Origin: Azolla caroliniana
Taxonomy: Eukaryota > Plantae > Polypodiophyta
DNA length: 64,000 bases
Reading direction: 5' to 3'
NCBI GenBank assembly: GCA_043228905.1
Contig: JBHGNT010000018.1
Coordinates: 17,050,001-17,114,000 of the forward strand
The notes under the pieces were generated by a model that saw nothing but the letters and a program-made list of their open reading frames with translations, ran no database searches and was not told the origin of the DNA. Below, piece by piece: positions 36,886-50,200 of the stretch (positions within the stretch are counted from its first letter, which is position 1; each line of letters opens with the position of its first letter). The position numbers and the translations under genes are program-made.

Positions 36886-37118
36886 GAGCAACTCCGCGAA
36901 AGATACAGCTTCGATGACTCGCTCCAGCTATTGAAGAGGGAGTTGATGGAGTGGGTGGAATTCGCCGGAAATGTCATGAACTTATACCAAACCTCCTCAA
37001 AGATGATGTATAGCTTCAACCACTAGGATACATTACATTTATTAAATTATAAATTCTTATGTTAGACCAGGAAGAAACATATATAATAGTATGAAACGTC
37101 GTCACCGCATAGGCTAAC

Positions 37119-37562
37119 GCATGATTACGAAGTGTCATGATTGCATGAATGACAAATGGTGAGCATGTGTACCTATGAGGTGGCGACCATGCATCTATCA
37201 AAGCATGCTATATAAACATATGCCGAACTATTGATGAACCATTCCGGTTCAAATTGTCAGGGTTGTAGGCAAAGACAAGTTTAAAATGAAGAAAAGAATG
37301 AGAAGTAGAAAATAAGAGAGGAATGAGGGAGAAATAAGATGTTGAAAATGTATTAACAATGAGAACCAGGGTTATAATAGCAATGAGAACAAGGGTTACA
37401 AGAGTATGCCGAAGACTGGCGTTGAACCGGAATGGTTCATCAATAGTTCGATATATGTTTAAATAGCATGCTTTGAAGTTTGGATACATGCATGCTCGCC
37501 ACTAATAGCCACACATGCTCGCCATTTGTCATTCATAGAAGCATGCCACTTGGCTTTCATGC
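37119..37562. repeat. Long fold-back inverted repeat (arms of about 135-140 bp, spacer of about 170 bp)
   Basis: 37119-37252 is the imperfect reverse complement of 37422-37562. The innermost 29 bp (37224-37252 vs 37422-37450) match perfectly. Confidence 0.9.
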
Positions 37563-40500
37563 AAGAGAGTCGGAATTCCGCTTGTTGAATTCCCATCTCT
37601 CCGATAAATTCCTTCATCCAAATTACTTCCTTACCGGCTTCAGCTACGGCCATGTACTCGGCTTCCGTGCTTGACAACGCCACGGCCTTCTACAGCCTCG
37701 ACAACCATGAAACAACTCCCCCTACATATGTCATTACGTATCCAAACGTGGATCGGATGGTATCCACATCAGCCGACATGTCTGAATCTATATAACCGTC
37801 CAGTGTTGGGTTACTTGAGCCGAATCAAAGGCAAACATTCGAGGTGCCTCTCAGGTACTGAAGTATCCACTTCATAGCAGCCCAATGCTCTTTTCCAGGA
37901 TTGCTCATATATCGGTTGACCACTCTGACTGCATACGCGATGTCCGGCCAAGTGCGAACCATTTCATACATCAAGCTTCCAACTGCCGAGGCATAAGGGA
38001 CTTTTGACATCTCGGCCTTCTCGGTTTTCGATTTCGGACTCTGGCTTCTGGATAGTTTACAGTTTGTCGGCAGTGTCGAGCCGACTTGTTTCGCGCTTTC
38101 CATGTCGAAACTCTAGAGCACTTTTGTCACGTACTTCTCCTGTGACAACCACAATAATCTCTTTGTTCGATCCCGAACAATGCGCATTCCCAAGATTTGT
38201 TTTGCCGGACCCATGTCTTTCATTGAGAACGACCTGCTCAAGGACTTCTTCAAACTTTTGATTTTCCTCAGGTCCTTTCCAACAATCAACATGTCATCCA
38301 CATACAATAGGAGGATGAGAAAATCTCCTCCATCATACTTCTTAACAAAGACATAGTGATCAGCCTGTGTCTTGCCAAAACCATGCTCCACCATGAAAGA
38401 TTCGAACTTTCAGTACCATTGCCGAGGTGCCTACTTCAGCCTATACAACCTCTTTCTCAATCAGCATACCACTGGTTTTCTTTACCTTTTTCTTCAAATG
38501 GTTACAGTTGGTGCATGTATATCTCTTCCTCCAAATATCCATGAAGGAAGGCAGTCTTGACGTCCAATTGCTCAACTTCGAGATCCATGTTGGCCGCGAT
38601 GCTCAATATTGTTCGAATTGACGTCATCTTTATGACCAGGGCAAATATTTCATCGAAATTGACACCCTTCTTCTGTTGAAAACCTTTTACGACAATTCAT
38701 GATTTGTACCTAGGTGGATTCCCGCCATCTCCTGGTTTCAACTTGTATACCCATTTGTTTTGGAGTGCGCTTTTCCCTTTGGGCAACTCGGTCAGTTCAT
38801 ATGTGTGATTCTCATGCAAGGATTCCATCTCCTCTTGCATGGCACTTAACCACTTTCAGTTATGGGTATCGTTCTTAGCTTCTTCAAAGCTTTCTAGCTC
38901 CCCCTCATCGGTCAGCAGTACACACTCTTCATCCGGAAATCTTCGAGGGGTCCTTCTTTCTCTTAGGGGGTATCTTCGGCCTCCATTCGGCACGGTCGGT
39001 TCTTCTTCGACTTCATCAACCGAGTTAAATTTGGTTCCTCGTTCGGTGACGAAGGCTACATGGGTAGCATCCGGAATGATGTCATGAAGTTCTACAAGGG
39101 GAGCCTTATCGTGGCTCGGGCCCGGAAAACCAGCACACTGTATATAATGAATGCTCTTTTATGCCGAAATGAGGTAAACATGACAACCGACACAGTCGGT
39201 GAGTTGTGGCATAAGAGGCTATGCCACATGAGCCATAAGGGAATGCAGATGCTAGCCGAAAAAGAACTCCTACCGGAGGTGAAGAAAGTGCATCTAGATA
39301 AATGTGTCGATTGCCTGGCCGGCAAGCAAAATCGAACCTCGTTCTGATCGAGGCCCCCAATGAGGAAGAAAATGCCGTTGGAACTCATGCATACGGACGT
39401 ATGCTACGTGGACACAAAGTTCACAGTATTTCGTGACCTTCATAGACTATTGTAGCTGGAAGTTGTGGGCTTCCATGTTGAAGACAAAGGATGAGGTGCT
39501 ATCTGTCTTCAAAGAGTTCCAAGAGAGGGCCGAGAGGGAAACCGACTGAAAGTTGAAGGCAGTCGGACAATGGCGGAGATTACCGCGGATCGTTTGAAGA
39601 ATATTGCCGAGCATAGGGAATTCGACTCAAGTATACTATGCCGAAGTCAATAGAGCTTAACGGGTTGGTCGAGAGAATGAACCAGACCATAATGGAGAGG
39701 ATTCGAAGTATGCTTGCACATGCAAAGTTACCGAAGACGTTCTAGGATGAGGCACTGATGATGGCAGCGTACGTAATAAACCGATCACCCTCACTACCCT
39801 TGGACGGTGATATTCCACAAAGGGTGTGGAGCGGCAAAGATGTCTCATACTGACATCTAAGGGTGTTCGGTTGTCTTGCGTATGTGCATGTTGCAAAGGA
39901 TCAAAGGGGGAAGTTGGATCTGAAATCTCGGCCATGCATATCTCTCAGCTACGGCAATGATGAATTCGGCTATCGGCTATGGAACTTAGCCGAGAAGAAG
40001 GTGATTAGGAGCCAAGACATCATCTTCAAGGAAGAGAAGACGATTGTCGATTGGGAGATTGAGAATAAGTCTCCAACTACCAAATTGAGTCGAGTCCCTT
40101 GGCTGAATCGAGTAGATTCAGTCGATTCGATTGAAATCAAATCCGAGTTAGTCAACCAATCAGCCGACCGACTGATATCAAGTTCAGTCGAACTTCCAGA
40201 ACGTGCCGAACATCTCTCAGCACTAGTCTACACCCGGTCGATGTCATCAGACACACATCTCCAATGCCAACAATTCGGCATGCTCCTTCATTTCCCATTT
40301 TTACAAGACCATGGTCTCCAACCTTGTATGATGAGAAGCACTTTCGGTCGGGGGTTAGGTCAAACGATGCACCTGAATCAACCACCCATGTCAAATCTTT
40401 GCCGGCGAGATTGACCTCATTTTGTTCACTAATGAACAGCAGCTCCTCTTCACTCGCAGCGCTTGCTGAGGTGTTCTTTCTTCGGCTCTACACCATCATC

Positions 40501-41560
40501 TCCCCCTTTCTCTTTTCGTAAAGTGTCGGCAATTCTTTTGGAAGTGCCCCGGCTTCCCACAATAGAAGCACGTGTTCCTTCCTCTCGACTTCGACATTGT
40601 CCCCGACTTATCTTGATACTAGGGACTTCAATTTCGGCCTCATCCTTAATTCGTGTCACTTTCCGTGACGAGGGCCTTTGGGTCGGTATTGGACTCTCAG
40701 TCCTTCCGGAGAGCTTCTTCATTCAACAAGCCCGACTTCACCTGCTCTAGGGATAAATGTTTCCCTTGCGGTTCCGCATTGCTTAATGTGATAACTAGTG
40801 TTTCCCAGCTGTCCGGAAGGGATCCCAACAACAACAATGCTAATACCCCATCGGCAAGAGGTACTTCTAGAGAGGTGGTTTGATTCATCAATCCTTGGAA
40901 AACATTAACATGCTCCCCCATGTTGGAGTTGTCTTGATACCGGAGTCTCACAATTTTTCTGAAAACTGAGACTGTTCATGGTGTTCTTGTTTTCAAACAT
41001 TGCGCCAATCTTCTTCCAGAGGACGTTGGCACTCATCTCTTCATCAAAGTTGGTGTATAGACTCATATCTATAAAACACCTTATATATGTTGTCGCCTTC
41101 AGATGCATGACTTCCCAAGTCTATGCATCGATCTTGTCTGGCCCTTTATCTCCGAACTGCATCGGCAGCCAGAGAGAGGTCTTTGCACACGAGCATGTCT
41201 CGCATCTTCAACTTCCACACCGAATAGTTGGAGCCGGTAATTTTGAACATGCAGCCGAATGAGTCTTCCATCGTTCTGATACCACTTTGTTAAGATCGAG
41301 ACCGGCCACAATCGGTTCTACTTCGAATGTTCAGGTGCAAAGAAACGAGTTTGGTAATGCACAAATAGAAATGAGGGGCAAAAAAGGAAGAACAGAGGCA
41401 CAAGATATTTTACGTGGAAAACCTGAACTGGGAAAAACCACGAGGGTTCACAAACCCCGAGAAATAGAATCACTATAATAGAGGAGAAGTACAATAAGAA
41501 GCTCGAAGGCAACGACCTCAAGTTCTTCTTCATTGGGTTGACGGATGTAGAGTTACTTAA

Positions 41561-41592
<32 letters not shown>

Positions 41593-41874
41593 CAGTTACA
41601 TAGGCAACTACCTTGTCTATAACTACACAACTAATAATAATCCTAATTACTCTTAAAGTTTGCCCTAGTTGTTTATATACTACAACAACTTTCTAGCTAT
41701 TTACAAGTATAGCCCACAAGGGCACAGTTGGACTATTTACAAATATAGTCTTCCGAATCGGCTATTAAATCGATTTCGGTTCTTGATTTTGATCTCGGCC
41801 TCGGACGAATTACCCTTGTGTCCTCGATTCGGTTCGTTATCTTCTTCCCATCTGGAGGGACATGTTTCCCAACA
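37563..41874 (-). mobile_element. Defective Tnt1/Tork-like copia with an internal inversion; 5' LTR 41288-41874, 3' end lost
   Basis: PBS TGGTATCAGAAC at 41284-41273. gag and protease are on the minus strand (41270-40160), pre-integrase and integrase on the plus strand (about 39048-40160), and RT/RNase H on the minus strand (39045-37563). Related to the intact copia. Confidence 0.9.
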
Positions 41875-42479
41875 TCTTTTACCTTTATTCTTCTCTATAC
41901 ATGTGGGACTTTAAAGCACCTATCTAAATCGCACAGCCTAGTACTCATCAACACATAAATATTACATATGTGTGTACATAAAGACAGTTTTGTGTGCATC
42001 TGTGCACACCCCCGTTCACGCACATTCGACTCCTTTTTTCTTTCTATGGTCAGAATCCTTCACGACAACGGGCTTCCTATGCTAGCAGAGGCCTCACTCT
42101 CCCTCGCCGAATGCACAGAGCAGAAAACTAAAACCCCCCAGAGCACCAAAATGGCAACACCTTCCCCTCCAAATTGATGGATCCCCAAAACGGTCTTCCT
42201 TCCCTCCTTTTATAGCTCAAGGAGGGTCGGTTACATTAGCTTCATGACAACCATTTTCTGTTAGTGATCCTCCCCTCGATTTTCTCCCATCACACACTTT
42301 ATTCCCCTCTTTTTATGGGATCTTAAAAGTACCTATTAAACACTATACCTAGTCTTTATAAACATTTCGATATTTACAATTAGTTTACACACAACCACCA
42401 TATTGTGTGGGTGTTCGCACACCCCCATTCACGCACGTCTGACGGATCTTTCTCCTAATCGCCGGAATCCTCCACGACA
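41875..42479 (-). mobile_element. Two nested family A-related LTR ends (ending at 42067 and 42479)
   Basis: Both end GAATCCT(T/C)CACGACA after GCACACCCC..TTCACG, as at 36590-36651. Confidence 0.75.
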
Positions 42480-43205
42480 TTGTGAAGCCAAGAGATGTTG
42501 GAGTGGTGGACCAGCTGGAGTTGTCAAAGAACCTCAAGTTGAGCTTGAAGGGGAGTATTGAGCGAGCAAGCTCAACTTGGGCCAGATCGGCTGAAAAAGC
42601 CGAGAACTAGATCGGATGGAAATCGATCGGTTAGGCCTGGATCCACTGAAGAACCCAAGAGCCGGATTGGATAGAGACTAATCAGCTAGGCCATATCGGT
42701 GGGGAGCCGAAAGGCCGTTAGGACCGATATTCCTCGTAGGAATATTTTTGGAGTTAGTGGCAATAGCTCATTTATGAGCATTGAAGTACTTGTCAGTACT
42801 TTTGTTAGTCCTTTTGAGGACTTGTATAAATAGTGCTCATTGAGCACATTGTATGTATTGAGAATTTTATGTTTGATATATGTGTGTCTACTCTACTCAG
42901 TCTCTCTCTTCTTCTTTTTTATCGTAATTAGCTTACCCTAATGGTAAGTCGATAACACTACAAGCACTGTGTCTTGGGTTCGAAGCCCAATTTCCTCACC
43001 TCTCTATTATATACTTCATATATATCTCTATTTCACTAGATGCCACTGTGGAATGTAGGGGTTGAACCCATGACCACCTGGTCTCCCTTGGGCAACCTTA
43101 CCAACTAGGCTCAGTCTCTCTCTCTCTCTCTCTATGTTTACCTAACTATTATACTTCCGAATAACCGACTATGTACTCTATGTCTTCCGCATGTATTCTT
43201 TTACA
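42480..43205 (+). mobile_element. 3' end, PPT and 3' LTR (from 42556) of a diverged family B copia
   Basis: CCTCAAGTTGAGCTTGAAGGGGAG|TATTGAGCGAGCAAGCTCAAC matches 23835-23878. The LTR ends CTTCCGCA...TTTTACA. Confidence 0.8.
42910..43109 (-). mobile_element. SINE-like insertion with a tRNA-derived head, short A-rich tail and 14-bp flanking direct repeat
   Basis: Flanked by CTCAGTCTCTCTCT at 42896-42909 and 43110-43123. The minus strand starts (GAG)CCTAGTTGGTAAGG...GGGTTCAACCCC (A/B-box like) and ends ATAAAAAAGAAGA. Confidence 0.6.
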
Positions 43206-43930
43206 ATAATGTACACTCTTTGATATCAGTGAAAAATCTAAGACAACGAAGAGGATGAGGGATGGCTTGTTTGATTAAGAAGAAAATAGAGAAATATGTG
43301 TTGATCATTAAAAATGATGAACATATTGATGCTAAATATGGCTTTATATAGAAACACCTAATGATTTGCCCACTTTTGTAGTTAGATGTTACATTCCTCA
43401 TCAAGAATCTAACTTTTATGCTTGTTTGGGTAAAGATCAACTGTTTTCCGATTTAGAAGATGATATTGCTTATTTGATATCCAAAGGGGAAGTTATTGTC
43501 TTTGGTCACATGAATGCCCATACAAAAAGTTTCCAACTTGATGTACAATAATATTTCATGCCACATCTCTCAAAGATGCAAGAGGATATACAAATATTGT
43601 TGGCATAAAATTTACATGTCCTCACCTTCCGCTACACATCATCATCATAACTACAACAAATGTATGGTCCCTCTTCTAACAATGAAAAAGATCCAAACCA
43701 ATTTGGGAAGTTACTCCTACAAATGTGCAATAGTACCAGATTACTTACTGCAAATGATGTATCCTTATGGCCCAACACTAATGGTTTTACATGTAGAAAA
43801 CACAATGAAAATAATGTGATTGACTATGTACTAGTTTCTAAAGGTATTTGGGTCGTATACATAAATTCTCACTTAGTGAATGCAAACCGTAATCGGATCA
43901 TAGGACTTTATGTATTGACCTCAAATGTAT
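43206..43930 (+). mobile_element. Degraded LINE apurinic-endonuclease remnant
   Basis: RRG.G.ACLI, CYIPHQESNFY, GEVIVFGHMNAHT (GDxNA motif), NQFGKLLLQMCNSTRLL and FTC...NVIDYVL, in the order found in non-LTR APE domains. Confidence 0.7.
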
Positions 43931-46900
43931 GAATAGGTTTTATTGTGAGAAGACCATTGAATATAATAAACAACCGCTCTTGAGCATGAACCTTAAGCGA
44001 ACGCCCATGTATTCTAAGGTGGTCAAGGATATGCCACAAATGACAAAGATACAACATGGTGCCACACTAGAATGCAAATGGGAAACTTTTAAGAAAGTCA
44101 TTCTATCATGCATAAACAAATGTTTTTCGACCAATTCATCATCATATTTTAACTCATCACAATCCACAATAAAATGGAATAAAGAAAAAGAAAAACACGA
44201 GTCTAATTGATTATGCTAGAAAAATGCTTGAAGTTGCCAATTTGCCTCCCAATTTGGGAAGAAGTTACGGGAACTGCCATCACTCAATAGGATTGAAGAC
44301 CCTATGTGAACTATGGTATGGGAACCTCAAAACCAAGGTACGCTCATCATCAGTGATTACAACTCATGAAGTAATGAGTTTGTCAAATGTACAACAAACC
44401 GATGACACACGAAATCTTGCCACAAAAAACCACACTCCAACATCTCAAAGTAAAATAGCTTGGAGAATAACTTCTCAAACTAGGTCGTCAAATCCAAAAG
44501 TTTTGATTATTGTCGTTTGTGGGGATATTGGTACAAACTAAATGTAATTAAAGAGATAATAAAAACAAAACAAAAATAATGTAAATCTAAATTTAGATAT
44601 GTTGTGTGATCTAAGAGAGTTAGTTGCACCATTATACACGAGACATCATTGGCAACTACTTAGTTGCACCATTATACACATTTTAAAATTAATCAATACT
44701 AAGTTTACACAAAATTTGTTATCATAGCTCCTATATTTCTCTTACTTGTCCAATCACAATTTGATGATCTTCTTCTTTGCCATTGACGATTGCTTTTTAT
44801 TGCTCTCTTCTAGTGGTTGAACTAACAACTTAAGTTGAACTTTAGAACCGAACCTAGGTTGCACCAACCCAACCTTGGTCCTATTATGAAAGTAGTGGGA
44901 CATCGTGGCATTTAATCTATAGAGAGAACATGGTGGACAAGAAGGCAAACCCATTTTGATGAAGACCTAGGAAGCTTTCAATTGTGTGGGATTCACGGGA
45001 TTGTTGAGCCTCTTCTTAAGCCCACCCTCAACATTAATAAGGATCATGTTCAACCCGACCGTCAACGTTTCAATTGTAGTTAACAACTTTGTGCCATTCA
45101 GATAGCACCATCTTGCTCCCTTAAATATTTCAATGTTCTTCAAGTAGCAATTGCTCCAACTCCTTTGGGGATCTGACATTAATATCAATCGTTGATTTAT
45201 CAATGCTTAGTATCCTTAATTTTTATATTCTCTCTATCTTTTTTATGTCAACAATATATGTACTTCAATAAAATTGTCACATTTCCATGCACATTACATT
45301 GACAGCCTTCAAAAATGATATTATTGTTAGTGGAGTGAATTTAATTGTGATTGTACATGCTTACCCAATCATTCCATGAGGGTTTTTTTCACCTCGAACC
45401 TCAATTAGCACAAGGTTAACTAGGTGTAGAATCCTCTTGACACCCTCAACATCACACACCATTTTACAATTGGTAGAGATTTGTGCTTATGTGGGGGATA
45501 CAATACCATCAATTTATTTCACTTAACTATCCGATTAGTGATTGTGAAATATCCATAACCTCCCAAACACACTCAATTTAGTGTTGGCATTGGTTTCTTG
45601 AAATCCAAAATATTCAATTATCTAAACTTTGCGACAAATGGCTTAAGTGAAGAAAAAACAAGTTGATCACAAAATGACTTCTAATACTTAGAAAATGTAG
45701 TTGTTCACTATCGTTAAAGCAAATTTTGGTTTCAAGTTGTCCTAAATAAAGTAGACTTATGTAGAGGACAACAATCTTCACTTTTCTTTTGACAATGATG
45801 AAAAAAATTTAAACCACAAAAGGACAACAAATTCAACAAAGTCCAATTTATGTAAATCTCCAAGATTATATGAAATTTGACAACATACATAAAATATTCA
45901 ATGGGTTATATATTTATTTATTTTATTCTCCATTTACAAATCAATCAATAAGTTGTATTATTCTGCAATTGGTGTGACTTTACCCTAAGCCAAATCATCA
46001 CTCAAAAGTTATAAATCACAAATTGCATTAGTTGAGATTGAGAATTGATAAACAACTTTTTTGCAATATCGAACTCCTCAACATATAGACAAATATGCCT
46101 TCTATTACAACTCAAATGTTCAAACCAATTCAACAAAAATAAGTATCTCGAAAAAAACAATTGTACAAGAACCAATATTCCAAGCACATGCTTCCATTAG
46201 TCTCTTTCTCCTTCTCACATTTATTTACCCCAAACCATTGGGTGCATTCATTTGACAAACACATGGTAGACAAGCTTCTTGATTAGCTTCTGATCCATTC
46301 AACGTAAAAGTGTGATTTCTCCTTTCTGTTAACCATCCATGGTCCATGCAATGACACATCCATGCCCCAACCATTACTAGTGCATGCCCTCTGAAATGCA
46401 TTACTTCAATTATGTTCAACAATTATCCGTGTCTTACGTATAAGGTTAAAGACATTCTTTGAGGTCGCACCCAAAAACTTAATTGATACAAAATATATGA
46501 CAAGATATTGCTTATTCTCATGTTATATCATATGTGCAATTGTCTTTCATTCACATATTTCGCAATAGCAACTCTAGGATCCCGTGGATGATTACAAACA
46601 ATCTAGTTTGTTACAACCTATACTTTACACTCCATACTTTTGATGTGTTATATCAATTTAAATGACATCAATGTCTAGTCTAGATTTACTTTGATCACTT
46701 GCACTCTAAGGAAAATAATTCATGCAACTCGCCTCCAATGTTGCACATTCAATCTCATATCTAAAAAACATTTCTATGCAGGTAAGCAACAGAAATACTA
46801 AGCTTTGCATAATTTCTTTATGTGTTGCTCCAATTCCATTCCATGAACACAAAAGTTGAAGGACCATGGAAAATGCATATCATACCATAATACACATAGT

Positions 46901-46954
46901 AATAAAGTGAGACTAAGGAACATATCGTGCAAAGACAACAAAATGCAGACAATC

Positions 46955-47245
46955 ATAATTTACATGGATTCCAAGATAAGTTAATCAAGCCAACAAACCC
47001 TAGGTCTTGGAATTTTGCACGATAATACACACAATAATAAAGAGAGAGTAATACACTCACATTTGTAATTTACATGAATTGCAAGATACATTAGTAAGGC
47101 AACCATTGTCTTGGAATTTTGGACAAATAATACACAATAATTAAGTGAAAGTAATACGTGCACAATTGTAATTTACATGGATTGAAAGATACATTAGTAA
47201 GGCCAAAAAAACCAAGGGGGTGACCATTTTCTTGGAATTTTGGAA
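46955..47245. repeat. Degenerate tandem repeat with a period of about 103 bp
   Basis: ATAATACAC...GTAATTTACATG.ATTG.AAGATACATTAGTAAGGC at 47022-47100 and 47127-47203. CTTGGAATTTTG occurs three times. Confidence 0.75.
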
Positions 47246-50200
47246 ACATGTCCACAAAAGAAGGTAAAATTAATCTTTACAAAGTCAAGGAGAGGCAAGG
47301 TTTTAGGGTAGTTATGGCTACTCTCTCCAGGTTGTCAAATGCCAATTTTCCGTCCCAATAAAAATAAAGCATCCATAAAAAGTTATTAACTACGATAGGT
47401 TAGTCCAAACTTGTTATTGAAAAATTAAGAACAATGCAATGATACTTATCTCATTCATGGGGTTCTTTACTTATCTTTGTTGTATGATGATGGTAGTTAC
47501 ATAATAATCCCCCATCATCCATATTGGTGAGGCAAAAATCACAAAAATAATGACACACAAAACAAAGCACTTACCACAAGTTTTGAGAAGTTCGTTGCAC
47601 CCTGTAAAACAATATAAGTGGGGAAAATTAGAAACAATTAAAAAATAAGCCAACCCACCCAAAAGCAATGCATCAAAGCTAAACATTAGATTAAGTGTAA
47701 ATTCTCTTTTATTTGATATTCGAGAAATATAATGCAAATTCTACTTCAAATAAGCATAAACCAAAATGTTGGACGAAGAGAGTATTAGTTTCGCTACATT
47801 ATAAATAACCCTGAAGCCCATAGTGCATCTAAACAAGAAAACAAAACCCTCTAACACTGATAAGAAGCACAATCTTTTCATGTGATCTCTTATAAATGGA
47901 GTTCCATTTAACAACACTTTAGTTCTCTTAGTCACAAATAATTTGTTGCCACATTATTCATATAAATCAGAAGACATTAGTCCTAATGAAGAGCATCCTT
48001 TTCAGAAGCACTTTATGGTTATTCCCCACCAATAGTATACTAGAGTTATTTAAGCATGAAATTGGTGTCCTTAAACATTCGTAAAGATAATTGCGAATAT
48101 GAATCAATGTGAATAGTTAATGCACTTGTTTAAATATAGGAGCCATGCCAATATTAAAAAAGAGATGGTATTTACTTGAATTCAACGTCTCACAATTTTG
48201 AACTTAAAGGAATAGCTAAGATCAAAATACTTAAATAGAAAGTGGGTCTTTAATAATCGACAAATGTTTCCACCTTACAGAACCTGTTTGGCACCCTTTA
48301 AGAACTTCTAATGATAAATTGGGAACATGTGTAGCTTCTTGTCAACTTTAACAGCAATTTTATTTGTTGTAGAAGCGTTTTGCCCTATTTGACGAGGACC
48401 GAATTAAAGAGCTACTTGAATGATGTCTTCCTTTCCCTTTACAGCTATCAGAAGAAAATTACACAATTTCTCAGAGCCACAAATATAACAAACTCCAAAT
48501 TATGTGAACGAAACAGTCAATGAATTTAAGGATATGTTTTTATTCTCCATTTGATGAGACTTTATCCTCAGCCAAATCATAACAAGTTGGTATATTGATA
48601 AAAGTTATATAACGAACAAATCTACAAAGTGCATAAAGCTCAAATTATTTCACCATTCTCCCTCTCTCTAACTTGCCCAAAAGAGGATGGTCATCCACAA
48701 ACATCCTATGAAAACAATTACCTCCGAAGAAATCAAAAAAACACTTGTACTTGAATACATGATATGCTTCGATTGACTTATACTACTACAAGTCACCATC
48801 AACAAATAATAAGTATTCGACAATCCCACTCCAAGTATGCCTTACTCTTACTCTCCCTCCCACCCAACCACCACATAGTAAATCCCTCTCCCATGCAACC
48901 ACCACATTGCAACATTTGTCTTCCAATAGCAACATTATTTCGAACCAATAAAATGGTGCAGCCAATTATGATTGGTCCAGTGCATACAATCACCATGCAG
49001 CTTTTCATACATCATATGGTGTTCAAACAAAATCCATATGCCTTTCCATATTATATGGTTACATAAAGCAATAAAATAAGACATGTAAAACGCACCTTAG
49101 AGCATTCTTAAGAGATTCACATGTTACATGCTTCTATGTCAAATAATAAAAAATATGCAATTTTCCTAGGTATACGATTATACATCAATCGAGCATGTAA
49201 GAGATGCTCACTTCTGAAATGCAAATACAACGTAAATATGGGACTACTCTTAGATGTTATGAGCATACTAAGTCTCCAGCACCCTCTATTTTGTGACAAA
49301 AACCTATAGAATACTTCGAACTCAACAGTTGAAAACTTAATTTATATAAGAAATACAACAAGAAAACATACTCCACCCAATTAATATTGCTAGCTCATGC
49401 TTTACTTATTCATTCCTCTACCCTACTAGCTCCCTATGGATGATCTTCCCTCAACTAACTTCCAAGGGGAAATTATCCTATAAATGTGAGTCTCCTCCCA
49501 TGTTTCCCTATTTGGAACTATCCCACCATGCATAAAAAATGGACAAGTCTGTCTAATATTTCCATTGCTCCAACCCTATTCGCAATCAATAAAATAGTTG
49601 CTGTCTCCAACAGATAAACCGAGTAATCACTAGATGTTTTCTATATTTTCTTTCAACAGTAAGACTCACATGCTATTCAAATGTTTTAATTAAAAGGTGA
49701 AAGTTGTTTGGTAATGATTTCTCAGATCCTTTTCTAAGATTATTATTTATATTATCAAGCCATGTTAGCAAAGACTCAAGCCTTCTGTGCCCTGCTTCAA
49801 AACATAGTACATGAATTCCCATTTCGTCGCCAACCAATAGTTAAGATTATTATTTATATTTCCCCAAGTCATGTTTTCATAGGAATATGTAATGCTTATA
49901 GAAGCAATGACTCCAGCCTTGTGTGTCTTTCTTACCACAATAGTACATGAAAATCCCAATTCTTTGACAAACGATAGTTAAGATGTTCATAATACATCCT
50001 AGGATCAATGACTTATCAATAAATTCCATCAACCATATATACTGGTGGTATAGGAACCCTAGGCATCTTGATACCAACATAGATTTTTCCTATGGAAGAT
50101 CGTGCTACTGTGTAAAGTTCTACTGCATACAGCATAAGTGTGCTTATATTAAGAACCACATGTTCCCTCAAATCTAGAGAAATTCTAGTTTTCGAGGTTC

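Noticed and set aside
15627-42071. ACAG (15627) and ACGG (42068) as the two TSDs of one giant element
   Set aside because: The outer flanks belong to different hosts (a gypsy gag on the left, an LTR on the right), so they are not one insertion site.
42930-43110. Functional tRNA genes
   Set aside because: Acceptor and anticodon stems cannot be formed; only A/B-box and T-arm-like parts remain, so it is treated as SINE-like.
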